A stretch of DNA of 64,000 bases, taken from NCBI GenBank assembly GCA_965206845.1, contig OZ242221.1, forward strand, positions 416,001 to 480,000, read 5' to 3'. The number at the start of each line of letters is the position of its first letter. The stretch's first letter is position 1. Of this stretch, positions 10,335 through 20,354 are shown piece by piece. The notes under the pieces are model-generated. The model was not told the origin of the DNA. It saw nothing but the letters and a program-made list of their open reading frames with translations, and searched no databases. Position numbers and translations under genes: made by a program. This DNA is from Cenarchaeum sp. (lineage in GTDB: Archaea; Thermoproteota; Nitrososphaeria; Nitrososphaerales; Nitrosopumilaceae).

Positions 10335-11603
10335 ATGGCAAGGATACATGTAGAGGCGTACGGGTGCTCGGCAAGCTCTGCCGACTCTGAGATGATCTCC
10401 GGCCTGATAGTAAACGGCGGACACACCGTGGCAGAGAGCGCCGCAGAGTCCGATCTCTCCGTCATAGTCACCTGCTCCGTAAAGGACGCCACGGCCAACA
10501 GGATGATCCACCGGATAAAGTCGCTGAGCTCGGGGCCGCTGGTGGTGGCAGGCTGCCTTCCCAAGGCGGAGCCCAAGACGGTGGAGAGGTTTGCCCCGGG
10601 GGCCAGCATGATGGGCCCCGGCTCCATCGGAAGGACGCTGCAGGTGGTCGAGTCGGCGCTGGGCGGAGTGCGGACCGTTGCCCTGGAGGACACGGACATC
10701 TCAAAGGTAGGGCTGCCCAGGGTCAGGCTGAATCCCGCGGTCGGGATAATAGAGATCGCCAGCGGATGCATGAGCGAGTGCACGTTCTGCCAGACCAAGC
10801 TGGCCAAGGGCGGCCTCACAAGCTACCGCGTCGGGGACATAGTACGGCAGGCAGAAGCGGACGTTGCCGACGGCTGCAAGGAGATCTGGCTGAGCTCGAC
10901 TGACAACGGGTGCTACGGCCTTGACATCGGCTCGGACCTGCCGGAGCTGATAGACGCGGTGTCCGCGGTGCCCCGCGACTTTATGGTCCGGGTGGGCATG
11001 ATGAACCCCATGTACATGCCAAGGATAAGGGACGGCCTGCTCTCGTCCTTTGAGAACGAGAGGGTGTACAGGTTTCTTCACGTCCCGGTCCAGAGCGGCA
11101 GCAACCGGGTCCTTGCGGACATGAGGCGCGGCCACACCGCGGAGACCTTCCGGGATGTGGCGAAGAGGTTCCGCAGAAAGTTCGGCAGGTTTACCATATC
11201 CACGGACATCATAGTGGGGTTTCCCACCGAGACCGCCAGGGACTTTGAGGAGACGGTCCGGCTCCTGGAGGAGACGCGCCCGGACATCGTCAACCTCTCA
11301 AGGTACAGCGCCAGGCCCGGAACCCCGGCAGCGGAGATGGAGCAGGTGGACGTGGCCGAGGTGAAGAGGAGGAGCAAGCGCATCTTCGAGCTGTCCTGCC
11401 GCATCTCCCTGGAGCACAACAGGGAATGGATAGGGTGGAGCGGGCCCGTGGTCTTTGGCGAGACGGCAGAGGACGGGGTCAGGGGGCGGAACTATGCGTA
11501 CAAGCCCGTCTTCGTCGGGGAGCCCACAGATATCGGTTCTGTGCATACGGTCGAGATCACGTCTGCGACAAACCACAGCCTGGTGGGGACCATCAAGAGC
11601 TAA
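10335..11603 (+). CDS. tRNA t6A37 methylthiotransferase (archaeal MiaB-like/e-MtaB radical SAM with TRAM domain)
   Basis: EAYGC N-terminal UPF0004 domain, GCMSECTFC CxxxCxxC, HVPVQSGS, TDIIVGFPTET; the true start is MARIHVE inside the long ORF. Confidence 0.9.
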   Translation: MARIHVEAYGCSASSADSEMISGLIVNGGHTVAESAAESDLSVIVTCSVKDATANRMIHRIKSLSSGPLVVAGCLPKAEPKTVERFAPGASMMGPGSIGRTLQVVESALGGVRTVALEDTDISKVGLPRVRLNPAVGIIEIASGCMSECTFCQTKLAKGGLTSYRVGDIVRQAEADVADGCKEIWLSSTDNGCYGLDIGSDLPELIDAVSAVPRDFMVRVGMMNPMYMPRIRDGLLSSFENERVYRFLHVPVQSGSNRVLADMRRGHTAETFRDVAKRFRRKFGRFTISTDIIVGFPTETARDFEETVRLLEETRPDIVNLSRYSARPGTPAAEMEQVDVAEVKRRSKRIFELSCRISLEHNREWIGWSGPVVFGETAEDGVRGRNYAYKPVFVGEPTDIGSVHTVEITSATNHSLVGTIKS

Positions 11604-11658
11604 ATAAAACGAATCCTCGGTTTGACTAAAGCTTAGTGATGGGCTTTTGTAGTTTATT

Positions 11659-12600
11659 GTGGAGTATATACCAGTGGCATCTCAATTTACAGAGCCTGTC
11701 CTGATTGTCGGGGTTGGCGGAGCCGGCTCCAAGCTGGCGCGGCAGGCCGGAGAGTTGCTGGGGTATGACACCATGACAATCAGCCAGGACGCAAAAGATG
11801 CGGACATCAGGGTATCCACCGAGTCCGTGCTAAACCCGTCCGTGCATCTCTTGAGGGGGTTTGCCCTCAAGGAGACGCAGAGGATTCGGGACAGGCTGGA
11901 CGGCTACGCCTCGATAGTTATGATATGCAATCTGGCCGGAAAGGACGGAGCCGCCATGGCCCCCGTCGTATCAAACATCGCAAGGGGCAAGAATGTTGCC
12001 TGCTTTGCGATAATGCCCTTCGGGTATGAAAAGGGCCGGATCTTTGCGTCCGGCGTCGCCCTGAAGCGGCTTAGGGCCGATGCTGACTTTGTTGTAGTGG
12101 TGGACAACGATGCAGTGCTGGACAGCAATCCGGATCTGACCCCTGCCCAGTGCTACGGGATCACCAACTCCGCCATGCTTCACGTTATATCATCACTGGA
12201 ATGGCCAGAGATGCCCGGAGTCGGGATCGTCTCTGCCGGCCGCAGCAATCCAGACATGGAGACGTCCCTGCGGGACTCGCTGAAGGTCCTCTACGGAAGC
12301 ACCCGCCCCGGCTGCATAAAGCGATCCATAGTCTACGCCATGGGAGGAAACGCCGTCCCGCTGGGGGCGCTCCGCTCGGTTCGGGACATGGCGTCGGAGG
12401 TTCTTGGGGAGGGCGCGCAGGTGGAGATCTCGGCAAACTCTTCGGACGCGTCTGGAATCGTCATGGTGTCCTCGGTGCAGGGGGAGACGCGCTTTGACAG
12501 TTATGATCCCCTTGGGGTGATCCCGCCCGAGTCCACGCTGGACTGGGACGAGCCGGACTGTAGCATGGACTGCGGGCTGGACTTTTATCAACTTGAATAA
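11659..12600 (+). CDS. ftsZ: Divergent thaumarchaeal FtsZ-like protein
   Basis: IVGVGGAG, MPFGYE, VVVDND motifs; tubulin signature degenerate (NLAGKDG). Confidence 0.75.
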   Translation: MEYIPVASQFTEPVLIVGVGGAGSKLARQAGELLGYDTMTISQDAKDADIRVSTESVLNPSVHLLRGFALKETQRIRDRLDGYASIVMICNLAGKDGAAMAPVVSNIARGKNVACFAIMPFGYEKGRIFASGVALKRLRADADFVVVVDNDAVLDSNPDLTPAQCYGITNSAMLHVISSLEWPEMPGVGIVSAGRSNPDMETSLRDSLKVLYGSTRPGCIKRSIVYAMGGNAVPLGALRSVRDMASEVLGEGAQVEISANSSDASGIVMVSSVQGETRFDSYDPLGVIPPESTLDWDEPDCSMDCGLDFYQLE

Positions 12601-12740
12601 GATCTGATCCTTCGGCATAGCCCGTGGCAGGCCGTTTCACAATATCTGTACTGGAACCACGCTGCTTTGTAAGATACCTGTCTTGAATACTCTGCGAACC
12701 CGGACGATGCTGTGATCTGCTGCCGTGCAGAGGATGCGGG

Positions 12741-13280
12741 CTACTCTGTCTTGGTCTTTGGCTGATCTGCCTCGGACCCTGGCTGCTCCGCCTTTGTCTC
12801 TGGCGGTTCCGTCTGGGGTTCTGGCTGTTCCGCCTTGGTCGCCGGTGGCGCTACTTGGGGTTCTGGCTGTTCTACTTCTGGCTCTAGCGGTTCTGCTTCT
12901 GACGGTTCTGCTTCGGGCTCCGGCAGTTCTGCCACCCCTTCCTGCGGGGATGGCGGCTGCTCTGGGAGCTCGGGCTCTGTTGGCTCCACAGCTGCAGGTG
13001 TCGCATCGGCTGCTGCCTCGTCCTTGTCGTACAGGTATACCAAGACAAATCCCTCATCGGTACGCTCCATTCCCACCCTGATCTTTCTTGGGGGGTGCTT
13101 TATTCCCCTCTTCCAGACATAATGTGCCACGTCCTCGCTTATCCGAACGCTATTGGTCTTCATGTGGTGCATGGTAAACTCCTTTATCATATTGATGGCG
13201 CGCTTTGCGCGTATATTGTTGGGCGAGAGCAGAACCTTGCCCAGGTTTATGGTGTAAATGCGCTCTGCCTCTTCGGACAT
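12741..13280 (-). CDS. rpl31e: 50S ribosomal protein L31e with acidic Pro/Glu-rich C-terminal extension
   Basis: ERIYTINL...RAKRAI...VWKRGIKHPPRKIRV. Confidence 0.92.
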   Translation of the reverse strand: MSEEAERIYTINLGKVLLSPNNIRAKRAINMIKEFTMHHMKTNSVRISEDVAHYVWKRGIKHPPRKIRVGMERTDEGFVLVYLYDKDEAAADATPAAVEPTEPELPEQPPSPQEGVAELPEPEAEPSEAEPLEPEVEQPEPQVAPPATKAEQPEPQTEPPETKAEQPGSEADQPKTKTE

Positions 13281-13439
13281 CTAGCCGACCTCCACGTCAG
13301 TGGATCTCCAGTTTCTGCGTTTGGGATTGGTCTTTACGGTGCGCTTGGTTTTGGCTATCACCCAAGCCGGGACTGGGGATGTCTCCTTTGTCTTCTTGAT
13401 AAGACGGATCTTTCTGCTAGAGGTCTTGCGAGCAGCCAT
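13281..13439 (-). CDS. rpl39e: 50S ribosomal protein L39e
   Basis: [10 protein letters not shown]...NPKRRNWR; adjacent to rpl31e. Confidence 0.92.
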   Translation of the reverse strand: MAARKTSSRKIRLIKKTKETSPVPAWVIAKTKRTVKTNPKRRNWRSTDVEVG

Positions 13440-13782
13440 AGGTTCACAAGCCAAAGGAGCTCTTTTTAAATTAATGGGAATTGATCTTATAGGCTCTGCC
13501 GGTTTGATCAGGGCCGTGGACAAAGTCTGCAGTCGTCAACCGCCCGGTGCAATGGTCTGATCGTCTGCCCAAGCGATTCTAGGCAGGTCCATGGAACAAA
13601 AGAGCCACAGTAATTGTCTTATGATATTCCGCCTATTAAAAAAAAGCGTAAGAACCCCGTCACCCAAAAAGTTGGCGTTACTGGGATATGGCGCCACTTT
13701 GCCCAAAGGCAGCACAGACTGGGCCAAGATATGCGTCAAATACCCGCGCAAGCGAATCCGCATCTAAAACGCGGCCGGCGCC

Positions 13783-14325
13783 TTACGCCACCCTCAGAGC
13801 AATCTGCCTCAGTATCCTTGCAGACGCGCCCCAGATGATCCTGCCTCCGTGCTCAAATGTGTACATCCCCTCAAGGAGGCGGTGATCCCTGGCCGGATCG
13901 TCTGCCATGGTCTTCAGAAACGGCTCCAGGGGAATGCGCAGTATCTCCTGGACCTCAGGGTTTGCGGAGAGCGTCGGAACGTCGTCCAGAACCGCCACAA
14001 ACGGCGATATCACAAAGCCGGAGTTGAGCGTGGTGACGCTTGCCAGCTGTCCGATGACCTGCTCCCGGCGGGCTGCGAGTCCTATCTCCTCTGCGGTCTC
14101 GCGCAGGGCGGTATCCAGAAGATCCCGGTCCCGCCCCTCGCGCTTGCCTCCCGGAAAGGAGATCTCGCCCGCATGTGTCTTCAGGGATCTGGGCTTCTCG
14201 GTCATTATCACGCGTGGCTCGCTGCCGTATATCACCACCAGAACGGAGGCAGGCCTGTACCCCCCGCCGGCAGCCGCGGGGTCAAACCCCCCTGCCAGCG
14301 TGGACTTGATGAGACGCAGATCCAC
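13783..14325 (-). CDS. Nudix hydrolase, CoA pyrophosphatase type
   Basis: HAGEISFPGGK...TALRETAEEIG Nudix box and IWGASA; GTG start inferred. Confidence 0.88.
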   Translation of the reverse strand: MDLRLIKSTLAGGFDPAAAGGGYRPASVLVVIYGSEPRVIMTEKPRSLKTHAGEISFPGGKREGRDRDLLDTALRETAEEIGLAARREQVIGQLASVTTLNSGFVISPFVAVLDDVPTLSANPEVQEILRIPLEPFLKTMADDPARDHRLLEGMYTFEHGGRIIWGASARILRQIALRVA

Positions 14326-14548
14326 TACCCGTACCCAGGCGCCACGCACTATTGAATTTGTCTTAAAAGTTTTAAGGGAATTAATCTTATGTGCGCCGAT
14401 CAAAGGCGCGGCATTGCCCGCAGACGTCCGTGAATTCTCAGACGCATTCAATGTCTTCGGCATCTGGCATGGAGAAGGGGTTTTTGTTTATAGGACACCG
14501 CCGTACATTTCCAACTACTGATATACCTGTGTAGCGCACCCACTACAC

Positions 14549-15811
14549 ATGACCGGCTGGCGGCGCCAACCCAAGGATGGCAGCTTTCAGGACACTCTCA
14601 CGCTGACCATCGCTGACGCGGTGGAAGCGGCCACGGAGGCGGCCGACGACGCGGGCGTGGCGACCTACCAGACTGTACCAGGGAAGTCGGGCCTCAGGGC
14701 GGTCTTTATGGCCGCCCGAGAGGCGGTAGCCGAGACCGAGCCGGGGAATATCGGCTCCAGCGTCTTTGATACGGCGCTGAGGGCTGCGGTGGGCGCCGTA
14801 ACCGACTCAAGCATCCCCTCCAACTACGACCGGATGCGCAGGGCCGTCATGTCCATCCCCGGCCGTCTAATCCGGATGGCCGCCCGGCAGGCAGCCAACG
14901 ACCTGTTCGCCAAGATGCCCGCCAAGGCGGGAAAGGCAGGTGACAGTCGCCTGCTGCGCAGGATGAGGGCTGCCGCCGTCAGGGCAGCCAAGGTCCGCCT
15001 CGGACGGGACGACGGCATCGCGGCGGTCAGGGCCGCCACCGACGGCGCCCGGGATATCGCCGACAGAACCGTCCAGATGACATCCGAGATAGTCCTGATC
15101 GGGGCGCCCGTGCACGCCGCCACGGCTGCCGTCTTCGGGGTGGCCATACAAGGCGTCCAGCCAGCCAACCTGGCAGAGGCCATCAGGGAAGCCTGTGAGG
15201 ATCTGCCGGAGGTGGCGCGCCGGCACGACGATCTCGTCGTGGGTTTTGTGGCAGCGCTCTCCGCGATGATCGCCGCGGATGCCGAGTACCGACGCAAGTA
15301 CCAGACCGCCGTCCGCGGCGCCGAGAAGCTGTCCCTGAACGAGGCCGCCGACCAGATAGTCAACATGATAACCGACAACACCTTCGAGGCGGTCTACATG
15401 GCGCTGGTGGCAGGCGCCTACGCGACCTCCGACGGATCCGCCTTCGAGTCGGGCTACGGGGGGGCCTTGGCGGGGGCCTGTGGGGTAAACCCCCGGCAGA
15501 GCCGGCAGGCCGGGATGGGCGGCATCCCCGACGGCATTCCCCCCGATGTTGAGGACGGGATACCCGAAGAGGTGTTTCAGGAGCTGCACCAGAGGCTGTC
15601 GGGCACTATGGAGTGGCTGTTTGCCTCCGAGGCCGAGCTGGCCCGCCAGAGGAGGTTCAAGAACGCACTGGACGTCGACTACAAAGCCGCCGCCTCCGGC
15701 CGCCGGATGGGCGGCATCGTCCACCTGTACGAGGTGGCCTACCGCGCAGGGTACGAGGGGGCTCGAGCAACCGCTGCCAAGGAGCCTGGCGACTTGCGCC
15801 GACGGCGGTAG
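14549..15811 (+). CDS. Hypothetical Ala-rich helical protein
   Basis: 420-aa ORF with backbone-like GC3-rich codons; no motif recognised. Confidence 0.6.
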   Translation: MTGWRRQPKDGSFQDTLTLTIADAVEAATEAADDAGVATYQTVPGKSGLRAVFMAAREAVAETEPGNIGSSVFDTALRAAVGAVTDSSIPSNYDRMRRAVMSIPGRLIRMAARQAANDLFAKMPAKAGKAGDSRLLRRMRAAAVRAAKVRLGRDDGIAAVRAATDGARDIADRTVQMTSEIVLIGAPVHAATAAVFGVAIQGVQPANLAEAIREACEDLPEVARRHDDLVVGFVAALSAMIAADAEYRRKYQTAVRGAEKLSLNEAADQIVNMITDNTFEAVYMALVAGAYATSDGSAFESGYGGALAGACGVNPRQSRQAGMGGIPDGIPPDVEDGIPEEVFQELHQRLSGTMEWLFASEAELARQRRFKNALDVDYKAAASGRRMGGIVHLYEVAYRAGYEGARATAAKEPGDLRRRR

Positions 15812-15842
15812 CGCCCGCCCCCCTCCCCTAGCGGGGAATAGC

Positions 15843-17053
15843 GGCTGTGTCCTGGAGACACAGCCCCACAATCATCCGCCGGTGTCGTCCCGGTACAGGC
15901 ATTCTTCGAGTTTTTGGGATTGTGGCATTTTTCGCATACCGCCGGCTTCAAAGTCTGTCCGAAACCGTAAAATCCAATCTGATCCAAGGGTGGTGCGCAG
16001 GCTCCCCCACGGGCGGCGCGACGGTTACCGCGCCTGTTACGCAGCCGTTGCAGTGAGCGACTCGTGCGTGAGCCTACCGTCTTTTACTTGCGATCGCGCG
16101 ACCACCTCGATGTTGTAGCAGATGACGCAGGTTGCTGCCTTGCGGCTCTGCCGGGCGCGCCTGCGACTCCTGAGGTGGTTCCCGTACATTCTCTTGATTG
16201 CTCCAAAGACGGCCTCGATTATGCTGCGCTGGTGGCACTCGTCCATGAACCGGGCCAGCCCGTCCCTGTGCGTTCTGGTCATATCGCCCCAGGCCTGGCT
16301 ACCACCGTTCTTGCAGACGGCATTGGACTTGGGCCGGATGCGCGGCACCGTGCCCTTGTCGGATATGGCGTCGCAGATCTTCCTGGCCGGGTAGGCCGAG
16401 TCCAGGCAGAAGAAACCCGTGCCCTCTTCGATCCTTCCCAGCATCGGCCACAATCCTGTGATGTCGGAGGCGTACCCGTCGGTGACCGGGTAGTCTAGGA
16501 CGGTCCTGGTGGAGACGTCGACGATGCTGTGCAGCTTGACCCGGCCGCGCTTGAGCCTGACCTAGTCGTGGCGGACGCTGAACCACCGAACGAACCTGTT
16601 GCTGGAGTGGTCTGTGCTGTCCCCGGCCAACGAGCCGGTCACCATGACCTCGCCGATGATCCTCGTGTGGACCTCCCGCAGGTAAGCCTCGGGAATCATG
16701 CCATAGGCGCGCCGGATGGTGCTCTTGGAGGGTATCCTGGGCAGCCCCACCTTCCGGACCAGATTCGGGTTGATCCTGAGGTGGCCCACCATCTTTCGGC
16801 AGGTGCGCGTCTCGGCATCCATGGGGATGCAGGCGACGGCCATGGACTTTGGCGGGTAGGCGGTCGTGCCGCCCGGTTCGGGTTTGGCCTGGTAGGGGTC
16901 GCCCAGATCCTCTACTATCCCCAGTATCGTGCCCAGTATGAGACCCGGCAGATGCTGCTGGACGCGTTTTCTTTTTTTCATTGGGTCGGGCCGCGATCAT
17001 CGGATCATTACGCCTTGCGATTTTGAGGGAGTATATGTCCGTGGGACACAGCC
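15843..17053 (-). mobile_element. IS5-family element with disrupted transposase (16037-16981)
   Basis: TIR ggctgtgtcc at 15843 and ggacacagcc ending 17053; IPSKSTI, GDST, VKLHS, LDSAY, RSIIEAVFGAIK motifs; in-frame TAG at 16562-16564 plus a frameshift. Confidence 0.8.
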
Positions 17054-17098
17054 ACCTGAGGATGTACAGTTTTAACGGAGCAGGCGACGAGACAGCAT

Positions 17099-17860
17099 GT
17101 GGCCATAATCTACGAGATAAACCCGCCCAGGGTTACAGGAGAGCCAGACGACGATCCGGAGCCACGGATATCGGCGCAGCTGCTGCGGGTGGATGAGATC
17201 AGCCCGCTGTGCGACGGCATCCACGTGACAGACTCCGTACTGGGAACGAGGAGGGTCCCTGCAGTCTTGATGGCAAGGCGCATAAAAGAGAGGCACCAGA
17301 ACCTCCAGGTCACCGCCAGCATGCGGGTAAGGGACAGGAACATGCAGAGAATAGAGGAGCTGGTGGAGGAGTACGCATCGGCAGGCATAGACGGGGTACT
17401 GGTCCTGATGGGGGATCCGTCACAGGACGGCCGGGCCGACCTGGGGCTGGTTCCCAGCTCGGTGGCCGGCAGCCTCGTCCGATCCAGGTACGAAAAGGAG
17501 ATCGCGTTCTACCTCTCGCTTCCCGCAAATCCCGACTTTGCAAAGATCCGAAAAAAGATCGATGCCGGGCCGGCGGGCTTTGTGACACAGGTGATCCACT
17601 CGGCGGATCAGGTGGAGTGGATATGCCGCAGGCTGAAGCCGCAGGGATTCAGGATCATCCCGTGCATCCTTCTGCCCTCAGAGAAGAACGCGCGCTCGGC
17701 AGAGTTCCTAGGGCTTGACTGGTCCCCATATAGGAACAATCCGGCAGGGTTCATCACGCGGATTCACGACATGGCAGGGGACGTCCTGCTGACATCGCCA
17801 AACGACTTTGCCGCGGCCAAGGACACCCTTCAGAGGACAAAGTACTCCGCTTCTGGATGA
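17099..17860 (+). CDS. metF: Methylenetetrahydrofolate reductase-like protein
   Basis: YEINPP, IHVTD, MRVRDRN, VLMGD, FVTQ; adjacent to methionine synthase. Confidence 0.8.
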   Translation: MAIIYEINPPRVTGEPDDDPEPRISAQLLRVDEISPLCDGIHVTDSVLGTRRVPAVLMARRIKERHQNLQVTASMRVRDRNMQRIEELVEEYASAGIDGVLVLMGDPSQDGRADLGLVPSSVAGSLVRSRYEKEIAFYLSLPANPDFAKIRKKIDAGPAGFVTQVIHSADQVEWICRRLKPQGFRIIPCILLPSEKNARSAEFLGLDWSPYRNNPAGFITRIHDMAGDVLLTSPNDFAAAKDTLQRTKYSASG

Positions 17861-20322
17861 TGGAGAACGATCGCCGCGGTGGACTGCTCCGGGTCTATCT
17901 GCCCCGCCGAGGTCAAAGTCATTCCGGACTTTTCTGGCTCCAGCAGCTTCCACACGGCAAAGTGCTGCGACACGTCCGGGCAGCTGGCGTACCCCCAGCT
18001 GTACCTCAATCCCCCCCGCTTCAGCCCCAGCTCGGATATTATCCTGCGGTTTGTCCACTCCGCCAGGGCCTCCGCGGTCTGGACTGCCAGCCCCTGCAGG
18101 TACAGGGCATCGGCATACCTGCCCTCTTGGTCCCATTTGTGGGCGACGCGGGAGACGATCTCCCCCACCGTAACTGACTGGAAGGCTACCACGTCATCCC
18201 TGCCAAAGTAGTCCGTGATGCAGAGGTGCTTTGGGCGGGTCGAGCGCGGAAAGTCAAATGTGACCTGGCCGCCAGAGTAGTCCACCGTCAGCCGCTGATC
18301 CTGGGCGTGGCACCCAAAGTACCCGTAGACTATCTGCGGCTCAAAGAGGTTCTCCCTTGTGATCCTGCCCTTCAGCTCCTCCAGTATTCCCTCATGGTCC
18401 TCCTGCGACTCGGCGCCGGCCTTTCCGCGGAGCCCCCACGACATCTTGAAGAGCGCCCTCTTGTCCAGTAGCGGCCACACCTCGTCCATGTTGATTTCAT
18501 CCCCGGAGAGCCGTATGGGCTCTGCCGTGACCGGCGGGACTGGGGGCCGCACCGGCGCCACAGAGCTTCTGGGCAGCGGCTGCGCGGGCGGTGTGGCCGC
18601 CGGGCCCTCCTGCCACCTCTCAAGGTCGCCCCTCCACTTGTCTAGAAGCTGCTGCCTTTGGCCGCTGACCAGCGCGTCCATCGTCTTGAGCCCGTCAAAC
18701 ATAGTATTGCAGTAGAACACGCCGCCGGGATACACTCCCCCCTCCTTTGCGATCCGGTTGATAAAGCCGGAGTTGATTGCGGCGCCGCCGCACAGCACCG
18801 GCAGTACCATGCCGCTCTTTCTTGCATGGCTCACAAAGAGGTTCATCTGCTTTGATGTGGACACCAGCAGTGCGGAGAGGCCGATGGCGTCCGGGCTTAC
18901 CCGGTCCACCTCCTCAAGAAACCTCTGCAGCGGGACCTGCTTTCCCAGGTCGTATACCGTGTAGCCGTTGTTCTCAAAGATCGTCTTCACGAGGTTCTTG
19001 CCGATGTCATGTACGTCGCCGTACACGGTTCCCAGGACCAGCCTGCCCTTGCTGGACCCTTCCTTTCGCAGAAGGTACTTCTCCAGCTCGGCGACTGCTG
19101 CCTTCATGCACTCGGCGGATTTCAGGACAAAGGGGAGGATCAGCTCGCCTGCGCCGAACCTGTCGCCGACCTCCTTCATTGCGGGCAGGAGATCCTGGTT
19201 GAGGGTCTGGATGGCCGCGCCATGGGTGACGTCCTTTGGGCGGTCGATCGCAAGGCGGCCGTCCCTCTCTGTAGTGTCCTGGCCGGGAATCTTCTCGGCT
19301 ATCGCCGACACCACGTCATCCTCGATTCCGTCCTTGAGGCGGTTGATGATCCTAAAGTTGGATCTCCTTCCGGCGTCCCAGGAGGGATCCATCTTCGCCT
19401 TCCTTGCGGGCGCCGCCTGCTGCCCTGCCTTCTCAAAGTGCGTGATTACGTCGGAGAGCGCGTCAGGGTGGGTGTTGAATATCAGGGACTCGACGAGATC
19501 CCTCTCCCTCTTGTCGATCTCCCCGTAGGGGACTATCTCCCGGGCGTTTACGATGGCGCAGTCAAGCCCCGCCCTCACCGCATGGTACAGGAACGCGGAG
19601 TTGAGGATCTTTCTTGCGTACGGGGTCAGGCCGAAGCTGATGTTGCTCAGCCCCAGGACCGTAAACGAGTCCGGAAGGTGCTCCCTCACCAGCCGGATTC
19701 CCTCTAGGGTGTTCTTGCCGGCGTCCAGGAACTCCGGCTCGCCGGTTGCGAGGGTGAACGTGAGCACGTCAAAGACGAACTGGCCCGGCTCCAGGCCGTA
19801 CTTTTCTCCCGTCTTGAGCAGGAGCCTGGCGGTGTCCAGCTTCTGCTGGGGCGTCTTTGCCATGCCGTCGGGGCCGATGCACAGAGCTATTGCAGGCAGG
19901 CCGTACCTTGCCATCAGGGGCGCAAGCCTGCGAAAGCGCGAGCCGTCGCCCTCCAGGTTGATGGAGTTGATGAGCGGCCTTCCGGGTATCTGTCGCACGG
20001 CTGCCTCGATGACGTCGGGATCAGTCGAGTCGATCACCAGCGGCGCGTCCACCACCAGGCTGATCTTCTTTACCAGCTTCAGCATGAACTCGCCCTCGTC
20101 TGCGCGCTCAGTTGTGGCGATGCACACGTCGATGCAGTGCGCGCCGTCCTCTGCCTGTATTCTTGCCAGGTCCACGAGGCCGTCCAGGTCGTCACCAAGC
20201 ACCAAGCGCTTTGCCTTTCTTGAGCCCTGCGTGTTGAGCCTCTCGCCTATTATCAGCGGGGCCGGCGCCTGCCTGATCTCCACGGCCTTTAGCGCCGAGC
20301 TGACTCTGGGTATGAATCGCAT
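17830..20322 (-). CDS. metH: B12-dependent methionine synthase, pterin-binding + cobalamin-binding + reactivation part
   Basis: IIGERLN, GLSNISFG, GDVHDIGKN, GLSALL, RYSWGYASCPD, PEQSTAAI. Confidence 0.93.
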   Translation of the reverse strand: MRFIPRVSSALKAVEIRQAPAPLIIGERLNTQGSRKAKRLVLGDDLDGLVDLARIQAEDGAHCIDVCIATTERADEGEFMLKLVKKISLVVDAPLVIDSTDPDVIEAAVRQIPGRPLINSINLEGDGSRFRRLAPLMARYGLPAIALCIGPDGMAKTPQQKLDTARLLLKTGEKYGLEPGQFVFDVLTFTLATGEPEFLDAGKNTLEGIRLVREHLPDSFTVLGLSNISFGLTPYARKILNSAFLYHAVRAGLDCAIVNAREIVPYGEIDKRERDLVESLIFNTHPDALSDVITHFEKAGQQAAPARKAKMDPSWDAGRRSNFRIINRLKDGIEDDVVSAIAEKIPGQDTTERDGRLAIDRPKDVTHGAAIQTLNQDLLPAMKEVGDRFGAGELILPFVLKSAECMKAAVAELEKYLLRKEGSSKGRLVLGTVYGDVHDIGKNLVKTIFENNGYTVYDLGKQVPLQRFLEEVDRVSPDAIGLSALLVSTSKQMNLFVSHARKSGMVLPVLCGGAAINSGFINRIAKEGGVYPGGVFYCNTMFDGLKTMDALVSGQRQQLLDKWRGDLERWQEGPAATPPAQPLPRSSVAPVRPPVPPVTAEPIRLSGDEINMDEVWPLLDKRALFKMSWGLRGKAGAESQEDHEGILEELKGRITRENLFEPQIVYGYFGCHAQDQRLTVDYSGGQVTFDFPRSTRPKHLCITDYFGRDDVVAFQSVTVGEIVSRVAHKWDQEGRYADALYLQGLAVQTAEALAEWTNRRIISELGLKRGGLRYSWGYASCPDVSQHFAVWKLLEPEKSGMTLTSAGQIDPEQSTAAIVLHHPEAEYFVL

Positions 20323-20354
20323 ATGGTAGATCCAGTCAGAATATTGCTAAAAAC

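Noticed and set aside
13500-13780. Possible MITE or ncRNA between rpl39e and the Nudix gene
   Set aside because: No convincing TIRs, TSD or second copy found.
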